Counted from the first letter of the stretch, positions 8,467 to 18,313 are shown. The stretch: DNA of 24,904 bases from an uncultured archaeon (GCA_964534625.1 CAZHRF010000014.1:7805-32708); one strand, 5' to 3'. Numbers and translations are program-made. Notes: generated by a model from the letters alone, not told the origin.

Positions 8467-8467
8467 C

Positions 8468-9193
8468 ATGTCTTATCTAATCAAACGGGTCTATGAAGGG
8501 TTTATGTATAAAAAAGATGGATTGCATTTTTATCCTCTTACAAGTATGGTTGTTCTTGTTTGTCAACTTATGTTAGTAATCCTTAATAACGAAATTGTCT
8601 TAATGGGTTTACTTTTTTTTGTACTACTCGAAAATATCTTATTCAAAAATGCTAGCGGTGCCCTAAACCTCTTTTTTGCTATCATTCCCCTCTTATTGTT
8701 TTTAGGGTTGGTGAGTTATTTCTTTGGTGGTTTGGAACAAGTCTTTTTTGTCCTGCTTAAGATCCTTATAGGTGCTTTTGGTTTTTCTCTTTTCTTTTCA
8801 ATAACCAATCCAAGTGATATGACTAGATCTTTGGAGAAAATAGGTCTTCCTTCTAAAATTGCAATTGTACCGTCGTTGGCATTAATGATGGCTCCTAGAA
8901 TAGGTAAAGATGCAGAAGAAACATTTGATACCTTAATGTTGAGGGGAGAAATCAAAGGAACAATATTTACATGGTTACCCAAAGTCTTAGCGATATTTGT
9001 AGCCTCTATTCTATACCGCTCCGAATTTTTAGCTCATTCCTTATTCTATAGAGGTTATGGGTTAATGAAGAGAACACATTATAAAGAAGTAAGAGTTCAC
9101 TTGAAAGATAGTACTAGATTAGTGATTTGGCTACTATTATGTATTAGTATAATAATAGCAAGAAAAAGTATACCAACCATCATTTTTAACTAA
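8468..9193 (+). CDS. ecfT: ECF transporter T component (EcfT/CbiQ family)
   Basis: Likely start is ATG 8468 after GGAGGA, rather than 8408 in the ORF track. Contains 'TNPSDMTRSLEKIGLP' and two X-Arg-Gly coupling motifs (LRG, YRG). Confidence 0.85.
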   Translation: MSYLIKRVYEGFMYKKDGLHFYPLTSMVVLVCQLMLVILNNEIVLMGLLFFVLLENILFKNASGALNLFFAIIPLLLFLGLVSYFFGGLEQVFFVLLKILIGAFGFSLFFSITNPSDMTRSLEKIGLPSKIAIVPSLALMMAPRIGKDAEETFDTLMLRGEIKGTIFTWLPKVLAIFVASILYRSEFLAHSLFYRGYGLMKRTHYKEVRVHLKDSTRLVIWLLLCISIIIARKSIPTIIFN

Positions 9194-9301
9194 ATTGTAA
9201 CTCTAATAAAATTGAACTAAAATTGTTTAAGATACTAATTTTTGGTTGTTTTATTTCTTTTTTGTCACAAATATTTATATTACTATTTCTAACCTATATT
9301 T

Positions 9302-10684
9302 ATGCTCGGTAAATTTGATAAAGAATCATTTACTAATCGACTTATATCAATTGATTTTGTTCGAGGTTTAGCTATTATTGGAGTTTTGTTTTTTCATCCT
9401 TTGATTTATGGTATTTGGCATACAGAAGAAAATGCGTTAAACATTGTTCATCCTGTTCTTTTGATAGTTTTTGCCCCTCTGATCCTTATTGCTACTTGGG
9501 GTGGTGGTTTTTTATTTATTAGTGCAATTGTTAACACATATAATATCTATCGACGCATGAAACGAGGACTGTCCTTTAAAGATGCCACATTACCTGTTAC
9601 TCTTAATAGTATTTTATTGCTTATTCTCAGTCCAATTAGAAGTATCTTTTTCAGTCGTACCTGGCCTTCAGCTTATTCAACTGAAATTAATTATTCCATT
9701 ATGAGTCGTTTGATCGAAAGAGGAGAATTAGCGTGGCCATCAACTGAAAAGTTTTTCTTGGTAGGTGGTGTCTTACATTCAATCGCTTTTGGTGGTTTTC
9801 TATCTATAATACTTATTTATTTTTTATTTAGAAATAATGGAATTGATAAAGTTAAAAGAAATAGTATAATCTTACTTAAAATTGGCATTATATGGATCTT
9901 TATCCATGAACCAGTTTCTCATTTTATGGATGAGTATGTAGCATATTTTTATAATAGAGGAGGAGGATATAGATTACTTAGTGGCATATTAAGCATGTTT
10001 TTTGGTGGTCAGTTATCTTTTTTCCCAATGGGGATCTATACTATTTTTGGTGTGATTGGGGGGTATATGATAGCTCGTAAAGAAGATTTCAAATGGATTA
10101 AAAGGTATGGATATGTCTTGGGTTTTCTTTCCCTTGTTGGTTTTGTCATAACAACGTCTATTACTGTAATTACCGCTATAGATGCTAACATTGACCCTTT
10201 TGCAGCTATATTTGATTATTCAATCTACCCTCTTGAATTGCTGTTTTTTAGTCTTGGGGGGATCTTACTCATTTTTCCTATCCTCATTAAAAAATTTGAA
10301 TATACTACAGATGAAGAAAGAATTAAACGAGCTGAAAAAACAATCTTCATTAGAAAATTTGGTGTTGCTTCTTTAACTCTTTATATGCTCGAAGGTTTTT
10401 TCAATTCCATTTTAGCAGCAATCTTTCATAAAACATTTGGTGAGCTTAACAATTTTGGTGAACCAAATGCATTTATGATCAATGTTCCTGCTATTCTGCT
10501 TTTTGTAGCTTCATTTGTAACTTTTTGGTTCGTTTTTGTTTACTTTTGGTCAAAAACAGGATATAAATTTGGTTTCGAACACTTAGGCATAGCTCTAACA
10601 AAGCCTTTCAGAAAAGAAAAAACCAATAAACTTTCACTTTTTGTTCCTCAGAAAACAAAGATTGGAAAGAAAGAAACAACTTGA
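9302..10684 (+). CDS. multi-pass membrane protein, DUF1624/DUF418 (HGSNAT-like acyltransferase) superfamily
   Basis: N-terminal 'RLISIDFVRGLAIIGVLFFH' and C-terminal 'GVASLTLYML...W....GFEHL' motifs, with about 10-11 TM segments. Confidence 0.7.
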   Translation: MLGKFDKESFTNRLISIDFVRGLAIIGVLFFHPLIYGIWHTEENALNIVHPVLLIVFAPLILIATWGGGFLFISAIVNTYNIYRRMKRGLSFKDATLPVTLNSILLLILSPIRSIFFSRTWPSAYSTEINYSIMSRLIERGELAWPSTEKFFLVGGVLHSIAFGGFLSIILIYFLFRNNGIDKVKRNSIILLKIGIIWIFIHEPVSHFMDEYVAYFYNRGGGYRLLSGILSMFFGGQLSFFPMGIYTIFGVIGGYMIARKEDFKWIKRYGYVLGFLSLVGFVITTSITVITAIDANIDPFAAIFDYSIYPLELLFFSLGGILLIFPILIKKFEYTTDEERIKRAEKTIFIRKFGVASLTLYMLEGFFNSILAAIFHKTFGELNNFGEPNAFMINVPAILLFVASFVTFWFVFVYFWSKTGYKFGFEHLGIALTKPFRKEKTNKLSLFVPQKTKIGKKETT

Positions 10685-10916
10685 TGTTTTATTCAATCCC
10701 AAAAGCTTGCCAATTAAATTTAATATACATTATAATTAAGAGTGATACTAAAAAGTGATTGTCATTTTGAAAAATTGGAAAAAAAGAGGGTTATATAATC
10801 CCTATACTTATAATGTATTTAATATTACTTTTTACTTTCATTGAGGTCCCCCTATGGAAAACTTATATATATAATAAATGTTTTTTATATATCAAACCAT
10901 AAGTGGGTAGAAAAAA

Positions 10917-11129
10917 ATGAAAAAAGTATATATTACAGGAAAAGTTGAAGGAATGACAAAAAATGAAGTTAGAGAACTAGTAGAATCCAAAGGCTTTGGT
11001 TGGAGTTCAGGAGCCATGGATATACTTGTAACTGCTGATAGAGCAGGAGAAAAAAGAATAGAGAATGCAAAAAAAAGAGGAGCAGAAATCATTAGTTGGG
11101 AAGAATTTAAAGCAAAACACCTTAAATAA
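10917..11129 (+). CDS. stand-alone BRCT-domain protein (LigA/RFC-type BRCT)
   Basis: 'VYITGKVEGMTKNEVRELVESKG...DILVT...AGEKRIENAKKRGAEIISWEEF' follows the TG...G...LV...AG.K...A...G..II.EE BRCT pattern. It has its own TATA-like TTATATAT upstream and a T-rich tract downstream. Confidence 0.85.
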   Translation: MKKVYITGKVEGMTKNEVRELVESKGFGWSSGAMDILVTADRAGEKRIENAKKRGAEIISWEEFKAKHLK

Positions 11130-11254
11130 GGGTTATACTATCTGTTAAGCTGCATCTTATCTGTTTTTTTTCTTTTTATCTGTTCTAATTTTTATTATGG
11201 ACAAGATTTTTATTTAGTTTCTTCTTGAAAGCCTGCTTTTATTTTAAGCAACTT

Positions 11255-12205
11255 TTATGATAAGATTCCGTTCACAATTATTTCAGTCGCTCTATCTTCA
11301 GATAATCCTTTTGCCATTAAAGTAAGAAGCTGTTTCTGATCTATTCTTCCTATAGCAGCTTCATGTGTTAATCTAGCTGAAGGTTCATGAGAGATAATTT
11401 CAGGGATTGCTGATGCTGTGGCTTTATCCATTATAACTTCATTACAATCAACATGGGCTCGGGTATTGGGGGCAAAAGCTTCAGTTGTACCAATAAATTT
11501 ACTAGTTGATTCGTCTCTTAAAACTATTCTTGCTTTAATCAACCCCTTGGCACCTTTGCCTTCTAAAGAGATCCTTTCAACTGTTTCAATTTTATCATCT
11601 TTCTTTCCTGCAATCTTTGTAACTAATTCGGCAGTAGCATTTTCTTTTAGAGCCACTTTATAGTCTATTTTTAGGTCGCCTACTCTTCCATGTTTCATGA
11701 TAAAATTATTAACGAATCTACCATCTTTTTCGACCACACAATCTATTTTTGGAACAACAGTTATACCCCCATCCTCCGAATGATAATGTTCCTCTTCATA
11801 TTCAAGTGATCCCCCTTCTTGAATGACCACTTTTCCTTTCATAATATGCTGGATATTAATAGCATTAGGAAATATACAATGACTTATGATTTTAACTTTA
11901 GCATTTTTTTCCACAGTAATTGTTGAATCAATTACTTGTTTTCCTTCCTTTGGTAACATCCCAAAACATAAATGGACAGGACGTTTTTCTCTTGACCCTT
12001 CTTTTACAATTATATGTGCTTTAATACCATTCTCTATTTTTTCATATTTCATTTCAATTGCTTCTGTTTCATTAGCATGGATGACTTCATCCTTATTTAA
12101 TACCATTGAGGCACCAAGATTCTTTTTGATGCTTTCTGCGTCTCCACCTTCTTTAGAAAACGTTTCCATTAACATTTCAAATTCATTCTTTCTATCTATT
12201 GACAC
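11255..12205 (-). CDS. smsB: SufB/SufD-family Fe-S scaffold (SmsB)
   Basis: Short 316-aa beta-helix protein with 'PVHLCFG', 'HCIFPNA', 'AHVDCNE', 'THEAAIGRID' and 'LMAKGL'. GTG start after GGAGGTG, overlapping smsC by 14 nt. Confidence 0.9.
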   Translation of the reverse strand: MSIDRKNEFEMLMETFSKEGGDAESIKKNLGASMVLNKDEVIHANETEAIEMKYEKIENGIKAHIIVKEGSREKRPVHLCFGMLPKEGKQVIDSTITVEKNAKVKIISHCIFPNAINIQHIMKGKVVIQEGGSLEYEEEHYHSEDGGITVVPKIDCVVEKDGRFVNNFIMKHGRVGDLKIDYKVALKENATAELVTKIAGKKDDKIETVERISLEGKGAKGLIKARIVLRDESTSKFIGTTEAFAPNTRAHVDCNEVIMDKATASAIPEIISHEPSARLTHEAAIGRIDQKQLLTLMAKGLSEDRATEIIVNGILS

Positions 12206-12935
12206 TTATAGCCACCTCCGAGTTGGGATCGGGATTATTTTCATCTTCACAATATGTGCATTCATATCTATAATATTTGCTTATTTCATTTGGTGGGCCT
12301 GTTCTTAACGATTTACCATTACATACAAGAGTAGCTCGATCAGCTATCTTCAAAAATTCATCTTGATGAGTTATTAATAAAACACTCCCTTTTCTTGCAA
12401 TCTCCTTGATTGTATCCATTACTTGTTCGATACCTACAAAATCTACGCCGCTATCTATTTCATCTAGTATAGCCAGTTTAGGTTCCATTAAATATATAGA
12501 AGCCAATTCAATTCTTTTACGTTCTCCACCACTAAGAGAGGAATCTACATCTCGTTCTAAATATCTCGCAGGAAGAAGACCTACTTTATTTAAAGCTTCT
12601 CTGACTTTGTCAAGTGAATTGTCTTTTGATGACAAGAGTAAGTAATCTTTAATAGAAATTCCTTCAAATCTTACTGGTTCTTGCCAAGCTAATGTCATCC
12701 CTTCTTCTGCTCGTTTTGAAATATCATAAGAATTTACCTCCTTTCCATTAAAAAGTATCACTCCAGATGATGGTTTTAAAATCCCCATTAAAATTGAAGC
12801 TATTGAGGATTTACCACATCCATTTATGCCTATTAATGCATGTAATTCGCCTTTTTCAACTATCAGATTAACCTCTTCAAGAATACGTTTATTATCAATG
12901 GTTAAAGAGACATTCCTTGTTTCTAATACAGACAT
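12192..12935 (-). CDS. smsC: SufC-like ABC ATPase (SmsC)
   Basis: GINGCGKS, 'LAWQEP', LSGGERKRIE and ILDEIDSG motifs, with a C-terminal C-x20-CxxC. Coupled to the sufB-like gene. Confidence 0.9.
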   Translation of the reverse strand: MSVLETRNVSLTIDNKRILEEVNLIVEKGELHALIGINGCGKSSIASILMGILKPSSGVILFNGKEVNSYDISKRAEEGMTLAWQEPVRFEGISIKDYLLLSSKDNSLDKVREALNKVGLLPARYLERDVDSSLSGGERKRIELASIYLMEPKLAILDEIDSGVDFVGIEQVMDTIKEIARKGSVLLITHQDEFLKIADRATLVCNGKSLRTGPPNEISKYYRYECTYCEDENNPDPNSEVAISVNR

Positions 12936-13086
12936 TGAATCACAATTGATAAAATGAAAGCGTTAATAAAAAGCTCTTGGTGTGGCAAAATTCTTTTGTC
13001 AAATTATATGCCCAGAATTATCATTACTGAAATAGAAATATGGAAAAAATTCTACGAAAAATAAGAAAGGAAATGATAATGTGCTG

Positions 13087-14094
13087 TTAGTATTTTATTC
13101 TTGGATCTATGAATCCATAACTAATATCTGTCATCAATCTTGCTATGAGAAACATGAATGGAAAGATAGTATTAGTTGCCATCATCATAGGAAAGTCACG
13201 CATGAGTGCTGCTTCAAGGAAATATGTTCCTAAACCTGGCCATCCAAAGACAGCCTCAATCATAACAGATCCACTTAATAACCCTGGAAGTGAGTTGCCT
13301 ATAATAGTTACAATAGGTAGAAGCCCATTTCTAAATGCATGTTTGTATATAACACCTCTATTTGGTACACCTTTAGCCATAGCTGTTCTTACATAATCTT
13401 GCCTTAGTATTTCTAATAATTGAGAACGTACAAGTCTCGCCATAAAGACTAAACCTCCTATGGTTAAAGTAAGTGTGGGTAAAATTAAAAATTTGTAAAA
13501 TTGAGGATTTAATAGAAGAGGTGTACGAAACGCCCCCTTGTTCGTGACTCCTGTAAAATTAAACAGATTGAAAGATAGAAGCATAACTAATTTGGCTAAC
13601 CAGAATAGAGGCATAGAATAACCCAAAAGCATAGCAACAGTAAGCATCTTATCCCAAATAGATCTCTGTCTAGTTGCAGAAACTACCCCTATTGAAACAG
13701 ATAATAATAAGGAAAAGATAAATGATAATATGTTTAGTGCTAAGGTATAAATCATGTGACGTTTAATAATATCAGCAATAGGAATACCTTCACCAGCTTG
13801 TGTATTAGTCCAGCTTTTCCCTAAATCAAAGTTAAGGATATTATTTAGGAACTCAACATACCTTTCAAACCATGGAACGGTATATCTGTCTTGATTTAAT
13901 AGTCCCATTTCAATAGCTTCCTTGTTATATGCATTAGCTGAACATTCGGGTGTTTCACATCTAATTAATCCAACACGAACAAGTACGGGATCACCCGGAG
14001 CAATATTCAGTAAAGTAAAATTCATTAAAGTAATACCTACCATAATCGGTACAATATATATTGTTCGCTTTAATATATAGCCTTTGAGTGACAT
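13087..14094 (-). CDS. dppB: peptide/nickel ABC transporter permease (DppB/OppB family)
   Basis: 'APGDP', 'DLGKS', EAA loop 'DYVRTAMAKG...KHAFRN', 'IEAVFGWPGLG...RDFP' and a terminal 'DPRI'. Confidence 0.9.
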   Translation of the reverse strand: MSLKGYILKRTIYIVPIMVGITLMNFTLLNIAPGDPVLVRVGLIRCETPECSANAYNKEAIEMGLLNQDRYTVPWFERYVEFLNNILNFDLGKSWTNTQAGEGIPIADIIKRHMIYTLALNILSFIFSLLLSVSIGVVSATRQRSIWDKMLTVAMLLGYSMPLFWLAKLVMLLSFNLFNFTGVTNKGAFRTPLLLNPQFYKFLILPTLTLTIGGLVFMARLVRSQLLEILRQDYVRTAMAKGVPNRGVIYKHAFRNGLLPIVTIIGNSLPGLLSGSVMIEAVFGWPGLGTYFLEAALMRDFPMMMATNTIFPFMFLIARLMTDISYGFIDPRIKY

Positions 14095-14209
14095 TATCTA
14101 AATTTTCTCCATTTCTTAATAATAGAAAAAATAGAAGTATTTATCTGTCTTTTGTTTTAGCTATTTCTAATCAAAAAACCATTATACAACAACAAGAAGA
14201 AAAAGAATA

Positions 14210-14274
14210 TGCTTTTCTAGGGTTCAAAAATTTTCTCCATTGCTTTTCTAGGGTTCAAAATTCTACCATTGCTT
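14210..14274. repeat. imperfect tandem repeat of a ~30-bp unit (two full copies plus a partial)
   Basis: TGCTTTTCTAGGGTTCAAAAATTTTCTCCAT (14210-14240), TGCTTTTCTAGGGTTCAAAATTCTACCAT (14241-14269), then TGCTT. Confidence 0.85.
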
Positions 14275-14349
14275 CATCTAAAAGAAAAAAACATGAATAC
14301 ACTAATCCTAAATAAAAGTTAAATAGGTAAGAATTAAAATATCATATCG

Positions 14350-16032
14350 ATGACTTACGTAGAAGAGTCTATGAAAATATCTTTTTCACAAAATATAATA
14401 TTTACTATTATAAGTGCACTTTTCTTTCCAATAACCCTTATAGGTAAGTTAATTCTTATTTTATACGATGTCATAGTTCCCCCCTCTCTTCGAGAATTAG
14501 TTCCTTTGCTTAATATGTGGCGTAAACTCATTCAATCCTTAACTATAATCTTAGCTGATCCAGTAAGCAAAGAATGTGTTGAATTACAAAACTCTATAGA
14601 TAAAATGCAAAGAAAGGAAGAACGACTGAATGAGGCATATCCGCTGCAAAGAGGAATTGGCGAAACATTTGATCGCTTTACTGTATTTATACTTGTCATT
14701 GTTGTTCCTATTTTTATCTGGAATAGATCTATAATTGAAATAATTAATATACATCCCCTCTTATTAGCTCTGCTTTTTTCAGCCACAACCCTTTTTCTGA
14801 CATGGGTTATGTTGGCTTTTGGACCAATTTATGTTATATTTCATAGATCAAGTTTGAAGATGGTAGAAAGAGGAGCGTATGGATGGGCATGGTTTTATCA
14901 ATTACTAGAAAATTTATTTGGACTACCATATTATTCTTCAAGAATTTCATTCTCTTTTTACGATGCTCCACCTATATCAGAAGAAACATATGAGATCTTT
15001 AAGAATGATTTATTAGAAGATGTAAAAGATATTAAAGATCGTTTGCAGAAATTGATCAGTATTAGTGGGTCTTCTTTATCAAAGGAAGCATTTGAACTAT
15101 ACGAGGAGTCATTTGAACATCGAACAATGAAAGAATATGATATGAATCAAGCTACGGATAATATAGCAAGAGCTTTTGCCTTATTACTCTGGAAAAAAGA
15201 AGAAATGATGCTACCCATGCATAAACAACCAAGTTTGGAAAAATTTGTTGATTACTATCAGATGCAATATAATGAAGCCAAAAAGTTTTTTGAAATAATT
15301 GTTGAAAAATATAAGAGTGGATATATAACCAAAAATTTCTTTAATTCTTTATTGATCTCTGGCTCTTTAAAAGGCATGTGGAAAATACTTGAAGACGATA
15401 AATATAAAGATATATTAAACGAATTGGAATTCAATCAGCTATCTTTTGTTTTGGCTTTAGGGAGCCAAAAATATATTTTAGATATGTTCGAAAAGAAATC
15501 AATATTAGAAAAAATCAAACAGTTTTTCATGAATTTACTGTATGGTTTAACAATACCTATTATTGAAATTATTAAAGCAATTGTAGCGTATCTAATCCAT
15601 ATTAAAAATCAAATTTTAGCGTTGTTTAGTAGAGGGTTTATAAAAAGAGGGTTTATTTACACTAAAAACAGGTATAAAGAGATTAAAGCTAATTTAATCT
15701 TACGTACGCAATCTCAAGACGAACTCATTAAAGCAGAAAAAGAAAAAGAAAAAAAACAAATTCTAATGGGGCTATTGGGCATACTAAAATTAATTTTAAA
15801 AATTATTCTGATTATCCCGCTAAGTCTATTCTATATAGCTAAAACAATTTTTAATCTCATTTCTTATCTCTTGACGCGAAATAAAAATGAAGAAGAAATA
15901 AGAAAAACTAATCTTGAAAAAATATTAGCAAAAGAAACCATGTTTAGTATATATGTTGAACTATACGATAAATTAATACTCCAAACATTAGAAACCTTCT
16001 CAAAATCACAATTAACCGACGATATAAACTAA
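14350..16032 (+). CDS. hypothetical membrane protein (560 aa)
   Basis: Long uninterrupted ORF with hydrophobic segments near both ends and a helical soluble middle. No family recognised. Confidence 0.75.
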   Translation: MTYVEESMKISFSQNIIFTIISALFFPITLIGKLILILYDVIVPPSLRELVPLLNMWRKLIQSLTIILADPVSKECVELQNSIDKMQRKEERLNEAYPLQRGIGETFDRFTVFILVIVVPIFIWNRSIIEIINIHPLLLALLFSATTLFLTWVMLAFGPIYVIFHRSSLKMVERGAYGWAWFYQLLENLFGLPYYSSRISFSFYDAPPISEETYEIFKNDLLEDVKDIKDRLQKLISISGSSLSKEAFELYEESFEHRTMKEYDMNQATDNIARAFALLLWKKEEMMLPMHKQPSLEKFVDYYQMQYNEAKKFFEIIVEKYKSGYITKNFFNSLLISGSLKGMWKILEDDKYKDILNELEFNQLSFVLALGSQKYILDMFEKKSILEKIKQFFMNLLYGLTIPIIEIIKAIVAYLIHIKNQILALFSRGFIKRGFIYTKNRYKEIKANLILRTQSQDELIKAEKEKEKKQILMGLLGILKLILKIILIIPLSLFYIAKTIFNLISYLLTRNKNEEEIRKTNLEKILAKETMFSIYVELYDKLILQTLETFSKSQLTDDIN

Positions 16033-16219
16033 TGTGCCATAAATCAGTTCCTTTACGTCCTGTTAGAATACATATGATAATATAGCAATAATGTTTATTC
16101 TGAATTATCTGCAACTAAATCTAGAAACAGGAAAAAATGATTTACTTAATGTATCATAATGTATCAAGCAATCAATTCAAAAATAGAAAGAGAAATGTTA
16201 AACAAATGGAAGAGACCCC

Positions 16220-18313
16220 ATGACTGTGATTGAATTAGAAAAATATACGTGTCTACTGGATGAGAATGCACAAAAATTCATGAATGGTGAATTGGAGTGG
16301 ATTAACTGTGATACTTTATTCAATTACTATTTATTTCTCAAAAAAAAGTGGAGAGAGATACTAGATCAAAGGTATATCCCCAAAGCGTATCAAGCTGCTA
16401 TTAGTTTTACATTAATGGTTTATATGGACAAAGATAAGCTTGAAGAACTTTTCTCTAAATATAGAACCTTAGAAGTGTTCAGTAATTATTTTAGAACACT
16501 TACTCGGATGAGAAAGGAACCAGTTCTGGTTGAAGAATTGATTTCTTTTGATTTCAATATTGATAAAATAGATAAGTCCAACTGTATCTCTCATTTTGAG
16601 TACCTTGTATGGCTAACTTATTATTATATATCTAAGAGAGATTTCGATATAACTGAAATTTTACTTACAAAACTCGAATTCGCTTATGAAAGAATCGAAA
16701 ATAACATTACGAATACAACGACAATCTATCAGATGGAAACAATGTTTATGTACACAAAAGCATTATTTTATCATATCCAAACAAATTTTATCGAAAGTGA
16801 AAAATTATATACAAATACATTAAATAAATTAGGGAAAGCAGATATTCATGATAATTTTTTGCTCGGTCTATTGCATAATGGATTAGGAAATCTCTATAAA
16901 TCAGTAGGTGAGAAAAAAGCTGTAAACCAATATAATCTTGCATGTCAAGCATATGAAAAACTGCAATCAGAAAGAGGTATAGCTGTCACTAAAGCAAATA
17001 TAGCTCTCCTCTATATCAAGGAAGGGCGGTTGCAAGAGGCATTATCTATCCTATTAAGAGTGCGCAAAACAATGGAAACATATGAAGATAGAATGAATCA
17101 ATTAATACTAAATTTGGAGATCCATTCATGTTTAAGCTCTCTTGAATGGGATGAAGAGGCAGAAGATTATTTGAATAAAGCATTTGAGATAACAAAGAAG
17201 CATCATTTAGAATATGAACGGGTTTATCTAGTAGCTACGGAGTTTTATGCGAATAGAAAAGAATTTAGAAAAGCTGAAACGAATCTAAAAAGATATCAAA
17301 GAGTAGCAAAGATAAAAGAAAAAGGTAAAAGAAAGAGTGCTACGTACAGGATATACAAAGGATTATTGCAACTCAAGAAAAAGAATTTAGGAGAATCTGA
17401 GAGTTTTATTAATAGTGGCATGGAGATAGCAAAAGAACAGAATCATTCTTCTTTAGTTTTAAAGGCATCTTTAATTAATATTGAATTGTTAATCATTAAA
17501 TACAGATTGGAAAATAATTTTGATAAAAAAAGCGAGATAATCCAGCAAATAGAACAAATAAGCAGAGAAACAATTGATTTATTACACGAAAGCAAATCCT
17601 TTTTCCAAATTGTAAATTATCAAATCTTGTTATCAATAGCATATATACTATCTCAGAAATATGATTTAGCAATAGGTGTATTGCATCAAGCAGGAGAAAT
17701 AGCTAATAAATACAATTTTGAGCCACAATTAAAACAAATTGAAAAATATAAACAAATCCTAACGGGCTTGGTTCTTGATACACATACACCAAATTTAGAA
17801 ACAAAATTACAACTAATGAGAGCAGACCTTGAAATGTCCATGAAAGATTTTTCGATACACAGCAAAATTAATCCCAATTTTGTTAGAACGATCCAAAAAC
17901 CAAATTTGAGATATCTTTTAGTAATACTTTCTTCTGGCTTACCCATATTTTCATATAATTTTATGAAAAGCAGAATAGAAGGATCATCTGAACTTTTAAT
18001 TGCAGGATTAATTAACGCAATACAAAATTTTTCGAGTACAATTAGCGCTAAAAAAGGAGTTTTTAGAACCCTAGAGCATACGGATTATTTGGTATTATTA
18101 GAACCTCGAGAAGAATATACTATTGCACTCTTTACTGATAGATTTTCATATGAATTAAAAGAAGCTATCAATGAGTTTGCAAAACTAATTGAGAAATATA
18201 GAAAAGATATGGAGACTAATATTTATTCAGACGATGAAGAGAAGAGTAGAATAGAACAGATACTTACTAATGAAGTGGAAAAAATATTTGATTTTAAAAG
18301 ACGGAAAAAATAA
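16220..18313 (+). CDS. TPR-repeat protein with C-terminal longin-like domain, paralog 1
   Basis: TPR-like repeats ('HNGLGNLY..GE..A...Y..A', 'ANIALLYIKEGRLQEAL'). The C-terminal ~135 aa 'LRYLLVILSSGLPIFSY...LLIAGLINAIQNFS...YLVLLE...YTIALFT' show the longin beta-beta-alpha-beta-beta-beta-alpha-alpha pattern. Confidence 0.8.
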   Translation: MTVIELEKYTCLLDENAQKFMNGELEWINCDTLFNYYLFLKKKWREILDQRYIPKAYQAAISFTLMVYMDKDKLEELFSKYRTLEVFSNYFRTLTRMRKEPVLVEELISFDFNIDKIDKSNCISHFEYLVWLTYYYISKRDFDITEILLTKLEFAYERIENNITNTTTIYQMETMFMYTKALFYHIQTNFIESEKLYTNTLNKLGKADIHDNFLLGLLHNGLGNLYKSVGEKKAVNQYNLACQAYEKLQSERGIAVTKANIALLYIKEGRLQEALSILLRVRKTMETYEDRMNQLILNLEIHSCLSSLEWDEEAEDYLNKAFEITKKHHLEYERVYLVATEFYANRKEFRKAETNLKRYQRVAKIKEKGKRKSATYRIYKGLLQLKKKNLGESESFINSGMEIAKEQNHSSLVLKASLINIELLIIKYRLENNFDKKSEIIQQIEQISRETIDLLHESKSFFQIVNYQILLSIAYILSQKYDLAIGVLHQAGEIANKYNFEPQLKQIEKYKQILTGLVLDTHTPNLETKLQLMRADLEMSMKDFSIHSKINPNFVRTIQKPNLRYLLVILSSGLPIFSYNFMKSRIEGSSELLIAGLINAIQNFSSTISAKKGVFRTLEHTDYLVLLEPREEYTIALFTDRFSYELKEAINEFAKLIEKYRKDMETNIYSDDEEKSRIEQILTNEVEKIFDFKRRKK

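Noticed and set aside
8408-8467. Extended EcfT N-terminus given in the ORF track
   Set aside because: It overlaps the ATPase 3' end. ATG 8468 has a GGAGG SD and directly follows the ATPase stop.
14210-14274. Mini-CRISPR interpretation of the tandem repeat
   Set aside because: The units are directly adjacent with similar intervening sequence, there are no unique spacers, and no cas genes are present.
14088-14315. 75-aa ORF in the divergent intergenic region
   Set aside because: It overlaps the dppB start, runs through the tandem repeat and has low-complexity composition, so it is likely spurious.
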